64,000 nt of DNA from Burkholderiales bacterium (GTDB lineage Bacteria; Pseudomonadota; Gammaproteobacteria; Burkholderiales; Casimicrobiaceae): positions 1,385-65,384 of the forward strand of contig JAGNQL010000002.1 of assembly GCA_017989135.1 (NCBI GenBank), given 5' to 3'. The translations under genes were made by a program, and so were the position numbers. Of this stretch, positions 21,743-30,774 are shown piece after piece. Each line of letters starts with the position of its first letter. Position 1 is the first letter of the stretch. Under the pieces are notes generated by a model. That model saw only the letters and a list, made by a program, of their open reading frames with translations. It did no database searches and had not been told where the DNA came from.

Positions 21743-21842
21743 CGTCATCCCGGCGTAGGCCGGGATCCAGAAAGTGCCAGTACGTACCATGGTGACCATT
21801 GCGAGGCGCACCGCCTGGATTCCGGCATTCGCCGGGATGACG
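21743..21842. repeat. Paired dRS3/RPE-like palindromic element overlapping the start of the downstream gene
   Basis: cgtcatcccggcgtaggccgggatccag ... ctggattccggcattcgccgggatgacg. Confidence 0.8.
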
Positions 21843-23618
21843 TTAGGCGTGTTGTCGGCGTCTTACGCCGCTACAGCGCATTCGCAACCACCGCCGCAGA
21901 AGACGCTGTTTCTCACGGTCAACGCCGCCGAATCCACGTTCGACCCTGCCGCGATTGACGACATCCCGTCGAGCGACATCGTTCATCAAATTCTTGAAGC
22001 GCCGCTCGAATACGACTACTTTGCGCGGCCTCCGAAACTCACATCACGAACGAGCACGTTAGTCGAATCCTCGACCGACGGGCGGTCTTTCACGCTGCGG
22101 GTGAAGCCAGGGATTTTTTTCACGCCGGACGCCGCGTTCAACGGCAAGCAGCGCGAGCTGGTCGCCGCGGACTACGTGTATTCGATCAAGCGACTGCTCG
22201 ACCCAAAGATCGCGTCGCCGAACTATTACCTGCTGGAAAACAAACTCGTCGGTGGCGAGGCCGTGCGCAAGGATGCCGAGAAAACAGGCCGCTTCGACTA
22301 CGACCGCGACATCGCGGGGCTGCGTGCGTTGGATCGGTACACGTTTCGCGTTGAGCTGCTTCAGCCCGATTTTGAGTTTGTCTTTAACTTCGCGAGCCGA
22401 GCGTTCGCCGCAGTCGCGCGCGAAGTCGTAGAAAAGTATCGCGATGAACGCAACCGCGTGCGCGAGCACCCGGTGGGCACGGGTGCGTTCATGCTCGGGC
22501 GGTGGGAACGGTCGAGCAAGATCGAATTGGTCCGCAATCCGACCTATCGCGAAGACCGTGTACCCACGCCGATCACCGCGGAAGACAAGGAGCTTGCGAA
22601 GAGCACGGCTGGGCGCCGCGCACCGCTTGTTGACCGCGTCGTCGTCACGGTGCTTGAGGAAAGTTTGCCGAGCGTGTTGGCGTTTCAAAAGGGCGAGATT
22701 GACCGCCTCGCAATGCCGCGCGATTTGTTTGACCGGATGTTCACCGGTAACAACGCGTTGAAGCCCGAATTTGCTGCGCAGAACATTCGCAACCAACGCG
22801 CGTTGGAGCCGCTTCTTGGCTTCAATTATTTCAACATGAACGACCCCGTAGTCGGCGGTTATTCCATCGAGAAGAACGCGCTGCGACGCGCGATTTTGCT
22901 AGCGTACGACGCCGAGCGCGAAATAGCGACGATCTTCAAAGGTCAGGCCGATTTGGCGCAGCAACTGGTGCCGCCGGGTCAAGCCGGACACGATCCGAAA
23001 CTCAAGCTGCGCCCACCATTCGACCCGCCGCTCGCCCGCGCGCTGCTCGACCGATTTGGCTACAAAGACTGCGATGGCGATGGCTACCGCGAAGCGCCGG
23101 GCTGCAAGCCGCTGAAGATTACGCGCAGTACGACGACCGACACGCGTGGGCGCACGCAGGAAGAAATCTGGAAGAAGAGCATGGATGCGATTGGCATTCG
23201 TGTGGAGTTCTACGCGCAAAAGTGGCCCGACTTGATCGAAATGTCGCGAACCGGAAAACTGCAAATGTGGGGTTGGAGTTGGATCACCGATTCGCCGTCC
23301 GGCAGCGGATTTATAAGTTTGCTGGTGTCGCGAAACGTTAACGCGATCAACGATATGCAGTTCAACAATGCCGAGTACGACCGCTTGTTCGACGACGCCG
23401 CCAAGCTGCCACCCGGCCCAGCGCGCGACCGACTTTATCGCGCTATGTCGGAAATCGCCGCCGCCAACAGCGTGCTCGATTTCGGCATTCACACCTACGT
23501 GAATGACCTAACGCAGCCGTGGGTCATCGGCTACAAACGCCACCCGTATTGGCGCACGCCGTGGAAGTACGTCGACGTTGATGAAACGGCGCGTGCGGCG
23601 TCCTCGGCGCGTAAATAG
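21789..23618 (+). CDS. ABC transporter substrate-binding protein, family 5 (Opp/Dpp-like)
   Basis: FDPA, RELVAADYVYSIKR, PVGTGAF, NALRRAI, DCDGDGYRE; start uncertain (21774, 21789 or 21837). Confidence 0.88.
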   Translation: MVTIARRTAWIPAFAGMTLGVLSASYAATAHSQPPPQKTLFLTVNAAESTFDPAAIDDIPSSDIVHQILEAPLEYDYFARPPKLTSRTSTLVESSTDGRSFTLRVKPGIFFTPDAAFNGKQRELVAADYVYSIKRLLDPKIASPNYYLLENKLVGGEAVRKDAEKTGRFDYDRDIAGLRALDRYTFRVELLQPDFEFVFNFASRAFAAVAREVVEKYRDERNRVREHPVGTGAFMLGRWERSSKIELVRNPTYREDRVPTPITAEDKELAKSTAGRRAPLVDRVVVTVLEESLPSVLAFQKGEIDRLAMPRDLFDRMFTGNNALKPEFAAQNIRNQRALEPLLGFNYFNMNDPVVGGYSIEKNALRRAILLAYDAEREIATIFKGQADLAQQLVPPGQAGHDPKLKLRPPFDPPLARALLDRFGYKDCDGDGYREAPGCKPLKITRSTTTDTRGRTQEEIWKKSMDAIGIRVEFYAQKWPDLIEMSRTGKLQMWGWSWITDSPSGSGFISLLVSRNVNAINDMQFNNAEYDRLFDDAAKLPPGPARDRLYRAMSEIAAANSVLDFGIHTYVNDLTQPWVIGYKRHPYWRTPWKYVDVDETARAASSARK

Positions 23619-23644
23619 CCATACGGGGGCTGCCTTGACTTGCC

Positions 23645-23698
23645 GTAGAGCAGGCGTAAACACCGCGACGGTTCATCGCGGGCAAGCCCGCTCCCACA
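23645..23698. repeat. GTGG-type REP (GTGGGAGCGGGCTTGCCCGCGA) with degenerate partner
   Basis: tcgcgggcaagcccgctcccacag; same motif at 26466 and 46001-46067. Confidence 0.75.
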
Positions 23699-23755
23699 GC
23701 AGATGGATCTCCAGCGATAATCCACGCTTCGATTTCTTCTTATGAGCGCTGAAGT

Positions 23756-25546
23756 ATGAAGCGACTGCTACTGACCTGCGCGGCCATCGTCTCGCTGGCA
23801 CTGCCCGTGTTGCCGGTACAGGCTACGGATATGAACAAAACCGTGCGTGTTGCGTTCCAAGTGGACGTGACCGGTTTTGATCCACAAGCAACAAATGATC
23901 TCTACTCAGCGCACGTCAACAACGCGCTGTTTGGCAACTTGTTCGAGTTTGATTACTACGTGCGTCCTGTACGACTTCGCGGAATGCTCGCCGAGTCCTT
24001 GCCGGAAATTTCCAGCGACGGATTGGTTTGGAAAATTCGCTTGCACAAGGGACTCTACTTTGCGGACGACCCGGTCTTCAAGGGCAAGAAACGCGAAGTG
24101 ATCGCACAAGACTTGGTCTACTCCTGGAAGCGGATGCTTGACCCAAAGATCATCTCGCCGAACTTGTGGCACATCGATGGCAAGGTCGTTGGGATGGACG
24201 AAGTCGTCGCCGACGCGAAAAAGACCGGCAAATTTGACTACGATCGTCCGGTCGCGGGTTTGAAGGCGTTGGATCGGTACACCGTGCAACTCACGCTCAA
24301 ACAGCCTGATTACACACTGACCGAATTAATGCAGCAATACAACTGGTCGCCGGTTGCGCGTGAAGCGATCGAGGCTTACCGGGATGCGGGCGGCCGCACG
24401 ATGAACAACCCGGTTGGCGCCGGCCCTTATCTCATTAAGCAATGGGTCAAGGGCAACAAAGTGATCCTCACGAAGAACCCAAATTACTCGCAAAAGTATT
24501 CGCTGACAGACGGGGAAACAGCAGAAGACAAAGCGGTCATCGCGCGCAACCAAGGCAAAGACTTACCCTTGGTTGGCAACGTGGAAATCAGCATCATCGA
24601 AGAGGCGAACCCACGATTGCTGACCTTCAAATCCGGCGCGCTCGACTACGAATTCGTCGGCCAAGATTTGATTGGCAACGTAGTGCAGGGCGGAAAACTA
24701 TTGCCGGAGTATTCAGAAAAAAACATTCGCCATCAGAGAGCGATGGATCCAGCGCTGGCATACGATTACTTCAACTTGGAAGACCCGATGGTCGGCGGCC
24801 TCACGCCTGATCGCATCGCGCTGCGCCGCGCGATCATCCTCTCGTTTCCCACCGATGACTACGTGCGCGTGGTCTTTCGCAACCAAGCCGAGCCCGCCAA
24901 TCAAGTCATCCCGCCGACGCAGACCGGCCACGTGGCAAACAAGCCGAATCTAAATAAGCAGGACGTGCAGATGGCCAACGCGCTGCTCGACAAGTTTGGC
25001 TACAAAGACGTTGACGGCGACGGCTTCCGCGAGATGCCCGACGGCAAGCCGCTCACCATCACGCGCTCCTCCACGCCGCGCGCGATTGACCGTGAAACTG
25101 ACGAACTCTGGAAGAAGGCGCTCGACTCGATCAAGATCAAGATTCAATACAACAATCAGAAATGGCCAGACTTGCTGAAGCAAGGTCGCGCCGGTCAACT
25201 CCAGTTCTGGGGTCTGGGTTGGATCTCACAAGCGACCGACGGCAATTCGTTCGTACAGTTGCTCTACAGCAAGAATATCGGTCAGTCGAACTTCGCGCGC
25301 CTCAACATGAAGCAGTACGACGACCTCTACGAACAGGCGCAGAAACTTCCGCTTGGGCCGAAGCGTTGGGCGCTGTACAAAGCGATGAACGAACTCGCAA
25401 CCGTACATTCGGTTTGGCATCCCGGTGTGTTCCGGTATCAAAACGTGCTGATGCAGCCGTGGCTCTCGAACTACAAACGCAATCCCTTCCGCCAACACTT
25501 TTGGCACCTCATGGACATCGACGAAACAAAACGGCCGAAGTCTTAA
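23756..25546 (+). CDS. ABC transporter substrate-binding protein, family 5 (paralogue of the upstream gene)
   Basis: Signal peptide; GFDPQ, REVIAQDLVYSWKR, PVGAGPY, IALRRAI, DVDGDGFRE. Confidence 0.9.
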   Translation: MKRLLLTCAAIVSLALPVLPVQATDMNKTVRVAFQVDVTGFDPQATNDLYSAHVNNALFGNLFEFDYYVRPVRLRGMLAESLPEISSDGLVWKIRLHKGLYFADDPVFKGKKREVIAQDLVYSWKRMLDPKIISPNLWHIDGKVVGMDEVVADAKKTGKFDYDRPVAGLKALDRYTVQLTLKQPDYTLTELMQQYNWSPVAREAIEAYRDAGGRTMNNPVGAGPYLIKQWVKGNKVILTKNPNYSQKYSLTDGETAEDKAVIARNQGKDLPLVGNVEISIIEEANPRLLTFKSGALDYEFVGQDLIGNVVQGGKLLPEYSEKNIRHQRAMDPALAYDYFNLEDPMVGGLTPDRIALRRAIILSFPTDDYVRVVFRNQAEPANQVIPPTQTGHVANKPNLNKQDVQMANALLDKFGYKDVDGDGFREMPDGKPLTITRSSTPRAIDRETDELWKKALDSIKIKIQYNNQKWPDLLKQGRAGQLQFWGLGWISQATDGNSFVQLLYSKNIGQSNFARLNMKQYDDLYEQAQKLPLGPKRWALYKAMNELATVHSVWHPGVFRYQNVLMQPWLSNYKRNPFRQHFWHLMDIDETKRPKS

Positions 25547-25581
25547 CTTCATGAGAATGTGATTTGCGTCGGAGTAACGTT

Positions 25582-25641
25582 GTAGGCGCGGACTCGGCCG
25601 CGCTTACCCGGCGCACTGAGCGGTGCCAAGTCGTCGCCCAC
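25582..25641. repeat. GTAG-type REP heterodoublet
   Basis: gtaggcgcggactcggccgcgct...ccaagtcgtcgcccac. Confidence 0.8.
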
Positions 25642-25667
25642 CCGTTAGGTCTTACCGGGGACGTTCC

Positions 25668-25793
25668 GGTACAGCTTTTTTGCGCTAGCGACCGCCAGGT
25701 GGTCGTTAGCGGGGCATTTTGCAGTTAGTCAATTACCGAGATAAATGACCTGAAATATCCACCCAGCAGTCGTTAGCGGCCAAAAGCCATTAC
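25668..25793. repeat. ~126-bp palindromic intergenic element, copy C
   Basis: ggtacagcttttttgcgctagcgaccgccaggtggtcgttagcg...cagtcgttagcggccaaaagccattac. Confidence 0.8.
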
Positions 25794-25840
25794 CGTCATA
25801 GGCCGGGTTGCAACCCCGGCCTACAACGCGCCCGCCAACG

Positions 25841-26314
25841 CTACGCCCGCTCCGGCAACGGCAACGCACCTGAAAATTTGCTACGCAGCGTAGAGAACCG
25901 TGCACGCACGTTCCGGACATTGTTTGCCGCTGTGAAGAGCCGCTGCACGAGCGCGTGGTACGCGGGCATGTCGCGCACAGTGAGCACCAGCGTGAAATCC
26001 ACGCTGGGCGCGGTGCGGTAAACCTGCGTCACGGCGGGCTCGGCGGCGAGGAGCCGGTCAAACGCGTCGAACGACTCCGCGTTTTGCACATCCAGCGTGA
26101 TTTCCACTATCGCCGTGATCGACGCGTCGAGTTTTTCCGGCGACAGGATCGCCACTGTGCGCTCAATCACGCCCGCCTCTGTCATGGCCCGAACGCGTCG
26201 CATCGCGGTCGCGGGCGACGTGAACACCTGCTCGGCTAACGCTTGATTGGCGATGGCTGCATCCTGTTGAAGGATCGCGAGGATTCGTAAGTCGAGGTCG
26301 TCGAGTGCGTTCAT
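25841..26314 (-). CDS. Lrp/AsnC family transcriptional regulator
   Basis: [36 protein letters not shown]...GVI; divergent from glmS. Confidence 0.92.
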   Translation of the reverse strand: MNALDDLDLRILAILQQDAAIANQALAEQVFTSPATAMRRVRAMTEAGVIERTVAILSPEKLDASITAIVEITLDVQNAESFDAFDRLLAAEPAVTQVYRTAPSVDFTLVLTVRDMPAYHALVQRLFTAANNVRNVRARFSTLRSKFSGALPLPERA

Positions 26315-26465
26315 ATTGCATCAGTAACACATATTTGCTCAATTATTGCATTCGCACTTCCGCATGCAATATTGCGTCACACATCATCCGTTATTGCTCA
26401 CAAAATTCGCCCGGCCCTGACTATGCTTCCGCATCCCAAACTGCGTGCGATGACGCGCCGTTCTC

Positions 26466-26561
26466 TGTGGGAGCGGGCTTGCCCGCGATTGCTTGCCGGG
26501 TTCTGGCCGCCAATCGCGGGCTCGCCTTTAGTGCTGAGCCTGTCGAAGCGCCGCTCCCACA
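26466..26561. repeat. GTGG-type REP doublet whose right arm is interrupted by a CTGAGCCTGTCGAAG hairpin
   Basis: tgtgggagcgggcttgcccgcgattg ... aatcgcgggctcgcc[tttagtgctgagcctgtcgaagc]gccgctcccaca. Confidence 0.7.
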
Positions 26562-26628
26562 AGTACCCAGCGGCTGGCAAAAAAGCCAGCAGCGCGCACC
26601 ATCGCTCACTCACCCCGGAGTCCAACCT

Positions 26629-28455
26629 ATGTGTGGCATCGTCGGCGCCGTCGCCTCTCGCAACATCACCCCCATCCTCGTCGAGGGGCTCAAGCGGCTT
26701 GAATACCGCGGCTACGACTCGTGCGGCGTGGCCGTGCACGCCGACGGCGGGTTGAAGCGCGCGCGCAGCACGAGCCGCGTAGCCGAGCTGGCGCGCGAAG
26801 TGACCGACACCCACCTCGAAGGCTTCACCGGCATCGCGCACACGCGTTGGGCCACGCACGGCGCGCCCGCTGTGAAAAATGCGCACCCGCATTTCAGCCG
26901 CGACCGCATTGCATTGGTGCACAACGGCATCATCGAAAACCACGACGAGCTGCGCGGCGAACTCAAAGCGCGTGGCTACCACTTCGAGAGCCAAACCGAC
27001 ACCGAAGTGATCGCGCATCTCGTCGACCATCTCTACGACGGCGATTTGCTGCGCGCGGTGCAAGGCGCAGTAACGCGCCTCACGGGTGCGTATGCGATTG
27101 CCGTGTTCTGTCGCGACGAACCGCATCGCGTGGTCGGTGCGCGCGCGGGTTCGCCGCTGATCGTCGGCGTCGGTAAAGGCGAGAATTTCTTGGCGAGCGA
27201 CGCGATGGCGCTCGCAGGTGTGACCGACCAAATCGTCTATCTCGAAGAAGGCGATGTGGTGGATTTGCAGCTTGGCCGCGTGTGGATCTTGGACCGTGCG
27301 GGTCGCGAGCTCACGAGCGCCGAGCGCCCGGTGAAGACCGTGCACGCGCACTCCGGCGCGGTCGAACTCGGGCCGTATCGCCACTACATGCAGAAAGAAA
27401 TTTTCGAGCAACCGCGCGCCATCGCCGACACGTTGGAAGGCGTCGAAGGCATCGTGCCCGACCTGTTCGGCGCGGACGCCGCGCGTGTTTTCAACGAGAT
27501 CGACAGCGTCTTGATCCTAGCGTGCGGCACGAGCTACTACAGCGGCCTTACCGCGAAATATTGGTTAGAGAGCATCGCGAAAATTCCGTGCAACGTCGAA
27601 GTCGCGAGCGAATACCGTTACCGCGACAGCGTGCCGAATCCGCGCGCGCTGATCGTCACCATTTCGCAATCCGGCGAAACCGCCGACACGATGGCCGCAC
27701 TCAAACACGCGCGCTCGCTCGGGCATGCGCACACGCTCACGATCTGCAACGTGAGCACGAGCGCGATGGTGCGTGAATGCGCGCTCGCGTACATCACGCG
27801 TGCGGGCGTGGAGATCGGCGTCGCCTCCACCAAAGCGTTCACCACGCAGCTCGCGGCCCTCTTCCTGCTCACGCTCGTGCTGGCAAAACAGCGCGGCCAC
27901 CTGAGCGCCGACGCCGAAGCGGAGCACCTGAAAGCCTTGCGCCACCTGCCCGTCGCGCTCGCAAGCGTGCTCGCGCTCGAGCCGCAGATCATCAGTTGGG
28001 CCGAAGAATTCGCGCGTAAAGAAAACGCACTGTTCCTCGGTCGCGGCTTGCACTATCCGATCGCGCTCGAAGGCGCATTGAAGCTAAAAGAAATCAGCTA
28101 CATCCACGCCGAAGCCTACCCCGCGGGCGAACTCAAGCACGGCCCGCTCGCGCTCGTGACGGAGGCCATGCCCGTCGTCGTCGTAGCACCGAACGACACG
28201 CTGATCGAAAAACTCAAAAGCAATTTGCAAGAAGTCCGCGCCCGCGGCGGCGAGCTGTTCGTCTTCGCCGACGGCGACAGCCAGATCACCTCAAGCGAAG
28301 GCCTGCACGTCATCCGCATGCCCGAACACTACGGCGTGCTCTCGCCGATTTTGCACGTCGTGCCGCTGCAACTCCTCGCGTATCACACGGCGACCGCGCG
28401 CGGGACGGACGTGGATAAGCCTCGCAATTTGGCGAAATCGGTGACGGTGGAATAG
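26629..28455 (+). CDS. glmS: Glutamine--fructose-6-phosphate aminotransferase
   Basis: True start MCGIVG (catalytic Cys) at 26629 after GGAG; [24 protein letters not shown]-terminal [11 protein letters not shown]. Confidence 0.97.
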   Translation: MCGIVGAVASRNITPILVEGLKRLEYRGYDSCGVAVHADGGLKRARSTSRVAELAREVTDTHLEGFTGIAHTRWATHGAPAVKNAHPHFSRDRIALVHNGIIENHDELRGELKARGYHFESQTDTEVIAHLVDHLYDGDLLRAVQGAVTRLTGAYAIAVFCRDEPHRVVGARAGSPLIVGVGKGENFLASDAMALAGVTDQIVYLEEGDVVDLQLGRVWILDRAGRELTSAERPVKTVHAHSGAVELGPYRHYMQKEIFEQPRAIADTLEGVEGIVPDLFGADAARVFNEIDSVLILACGTSYYSGLTAKYWLESIAKIPCNVEVASEYRYRDSVPNPRALIVTISQSGETADTMAALKHARSLGHAHTLTICNVSTSAMVRECALAYITRAGVEIGVASTKAFTTQLAALFLLTLVLAKQRGHLSADAEAEHLKALRHLPVALASVLALEPQIISWAEEFARKENALFLGRGLHYPIALEGALKLKEISYIHAEAYPAGELKHGPLALVTEAMPVVVVAPNDTLIEKLKSNLQEVRARGGELFVFADGDSQITSSEGLHVIRMPEHYGVLSPILHVVPLQLLAYHTATARGTDVDKPRNLAKSVTVE

Positions 28456-28488
28456 CGCACAAGACCGTCGCAAAGGCTGTCACGCGCC

Positions 28489-29145
28489 ATGAAACTAAAC
28501 ACTCACATCACCCAACTCTTCGCCGGCGGCATCGGTGTTCTCGAACAAGAAGGCCATCGCAGCGGCATCTTCAAGCGGCGCATCACAGGGCGTGTCGAAG
28601 TCAATGCCTTGGGCATCGTAGGCGACGAGCACGCCGATCCGCGCGTTCACGGCGGTGCGGAGAAAGCGTTGCATCAATATTGCGCGGACAATTACGCCGC
28701 GTTGAAAGCCGCGTTCCCGAGCGCCGCAAGCGAACTGATCCTCGGCTCAATCGGCGAGAACATCGCCGCATCAACGCTCAGCGAAAAGAACGTTCACATC
28801 GGGGACACATTCCGCATCGGCACCGTCCTCGCGCAGGTGTCGCAACCGCGAAGCCCGTGCTGGAAAATCAACCATCGCTTCGGCGGGCCGGAGATGTCCA
28901 CGTTCGTCGCGAGTCATCACATCACCGGTTGGTACTACCGCGTCCTCGAAGCCGGGCATCTCGAAGAAGGCGACGAGATCACGCTCATCGACCGGCAGAC
29001 CGAGCGGTTTTCGATTGATGAGTTTTGGCGCGTGCAGCTTTCGCACCGGCCGGACGGTGCGGACCTTGAAGCAATCGCAAAAATCCCCGGCCTCTGCCCG
29101 GAGTGGCGACAGCGTCTTCTAGGTCGTGCGGCGCGCTTAGCCTGA
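28489..29145 (+). CDS. MOSC domain protein (YiiM-like)
   Basis: SGIFK, GDEHAD..HGG.EKA, GENI, VSQPRSPCWK, TGWYYRVLE.G. Confidence 0.88.
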   Translation: MKLNTHITQLFAGGIGVLEQEGHRSGIFKRRITGRVEVNALGIVGDEHADPRVHGGAEKALHQYCADNYAALKAAFPSAASELILGSIGENIAASTLSEKNVHIGDTFRIGTVLAQVSQPRSPCWKINHRFGGPEMSTFVASHHITGWYYRVLEAGHLEEGDEITLIDRQTERFSIDEFWRVQLSHRPDGADLEAIAKIPGLCPEWRQRLLGRAARLA

Positions 29146-29153
29146 AACGATTT

Positions 29154-29392
29154 GTAGGCGCGGACTTGGCCGCGCTCACCACACCCTGTAGGCACGGACT
29201 CGGCGGCGCTTTCTCGTTGCACCGAGCGACGCCAAGTCGTCGCCTACCCAGTGATCTGACCTAGGACGGTCTCGGCCGCGCTCAGCCGTCCAACTGTAGG
29301 CGCGGACTCGGCCGCGCTTCCCCGTTGCACCAAGCGACGCCAAGTCGTCGCCTACACGATAAGTCACCAAGCGCGGCCAAGGTCGCGCCTAC
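29154..29392. repeat. BIME-like mosaic of GTAG-type REPs
   Basis: About seven REP half-units, including two full heterodoublets (from 29188 and 29296). Confidence 0.85.
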
Positions 29393-29491
29393 ACACCGTC
29401 GTCGCTCGCTCGTAATTCTCACGCCACCCTTGCGCCCCGAAAAATCCACCCCACCTAGCGACGTGTCGCCCACTCTCCTCTCGAAGCAACC

Positions 29492-30475
29492 ATGAACACC
29501 GAACAGCAAAAATCGATTTTGACTCTGTGCCTGATGGCCGCTTTGGCTGATGGCGGCAAGGACTCGCGCGAACGCGAGGCGCTGGAGCGGATCACCGCTC
29601 GGCTCGCGGCGGACTCGGGCAACGCCGACGCGTTCAACGCGCAACAAATGTACGAAGACGTGATCTTCGGACGCGCGTCGATTGACGCGCTCGTGGCGAC
29701 GTTGACCGACGCGGACTCGAAGCGCCTCGCCTACGAAATGGCCGTTCACGTGATCGACGCCGACGGTAGCCAGACCGAACGCGAGAGCGCATTCCTCGCC
29801 ACGCTTCGCAGCAAGCTCGGCCTGTCCGAGGCCGACGCGGCGGACATCGCACGCGACGGCGATTCGCTCGCGGCGGCGGCGATGATTCCTGCAGCCGCAC
29901 TCGCAAGCACGGCCACAAGCGCAGCGTCCGGCGCGGTCGCAGCCACGCAGTTGTCGGCAGCCGACGAAGCCGAGCTGGACAAATCCATCCTCAACGCATC
30001 GATCCTCAACGGCGCGCTCGAACTCTTGCCGCAATCGTGGGCGACGATGGCGATCATTCCGCTACAGACGCGGCTCGTGTATCGCATTGGCCAGCGCTAC
30101 GGCTACGAGCTCGACAGCGGGCACATCAAAGAATTCTTGGCAACGGTCGGCGTCGGTCTCGCGTCGCAATATCTCGAACAAGCGGGCCGCAAATTGATCG
30201 GCGGATTGTTCGGCAAGCTCGCAGGCGGACTAGTCGGCGGCCTCGCACGCGGCGCAACAGGTGTTGCGTTCTCGTTCGCGTCCACATACGCGCTCGCGCA
30301 ACTCGCGAAGCGCTACTACGGCGGCGGACGCACGATGTCCACCGAGACGTTGAAGCAAACCTTCGACCAACTCATGACACCCGCGAAAGACCTGCAAGCG
30401 AAGTACCTGCCGCAGATTCAGGAAAAAGCGCGCAGCGTGAACATGGGCGATGTGATGGCGATGATTAAGCGGTAG
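29492..30475 (+). CDS. TerB-like N-terminal domain fused to a DUF697/YcjF-like C-terminal domain
   Basis: LMAALADG.KD.RERE and A..VIDADG...ERE..FL..L (TerB-like); IIPLQ.RLVYRIG..YG and Gly-rich GGLFGKLAGGLVGG helix. Confidence 0.7.
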   Translation: MNTEQQKSILTLCLMAALADGGKDSREREALERITARLAADSGNADAFNAQQMYEDVIFGRASIDALVATLTDADSKRLAYEMAVHVIDADGSQTERESAFLATLRSKLGLSEADAADIARDGDSLAAAAMIPAAALASTATSAASGAVAATQLSAADEAELDKSILNASILNGALELLPQSWATMAIIPLQTRLVYRIGQRYGYELDSGHIKEFLATVGVGLASQYLEQAGRKLIGGLFGKLAGGLVGGLARGATGVAFSFASTYALAQLAKRYYGGGRTMSTETLKQTFDQLMTPAKDLQAKYLPQIQEKARSVNMGDVMAMIKR

Positions 30476-30509
30476 CGGTTCCAACCGCAACAACGTAGCA
30501 ACGGAATGG

Positions 30510-30635
30510 GTTACAGCTTTATGGCGCGAACGACCATTATGCGGTCGTTTCCGCTTGTTTTTCGCATTTGTTGACTTAGTGCCGAAAGTTCCTGAAACAA
30601 CCGCAGGGCAGTCGTTGCGCGCATAAAGCTGCTAC
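30510..30635. repeat. ~126-bp palindromic intergenic element, copy D
   Basis: gttacagctttatggcgcgaacgacc...cagtcgttgcgcgcataaagctgctac; the two arms remain alignable over ~55 bp. Confidence 0.82.
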
Positions 30636-30774
30636 GAGAAGCCTGATCGGTTGGGATGTGCGGGGCTGTTCGCTTCCGGTCCGATTGCACCGGTCGAATC
30701 GAATAAGCACATTCAACCTGCCCCGCGATTTCCCTTTCTCATATTGCCCGGTTATCCGAAGAGGTTGCCACTGC

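Noticed and set aside
26305-26628. 108-aa N-terminal extension of GlmS, or a glmS ribozyme
   Set aside because: GlmS needs an N-terminal Cys (MCGIVG at 26629); the extension runs through promoter and REP DNA; I see no ribozyme motif
28456-28490. Tn7-like insertion at the glmS att site
   Set aside because: The MOSC gene begins 33 bp after the glmS stop; no Tn7 end with TnsB-site repeats and no tns genes in the window
29154-29392. Possible CRISPR array
   Set aside because: Units alternate in orientation, spacing is irregular, they match dispersed REPs, and no cas genes are present
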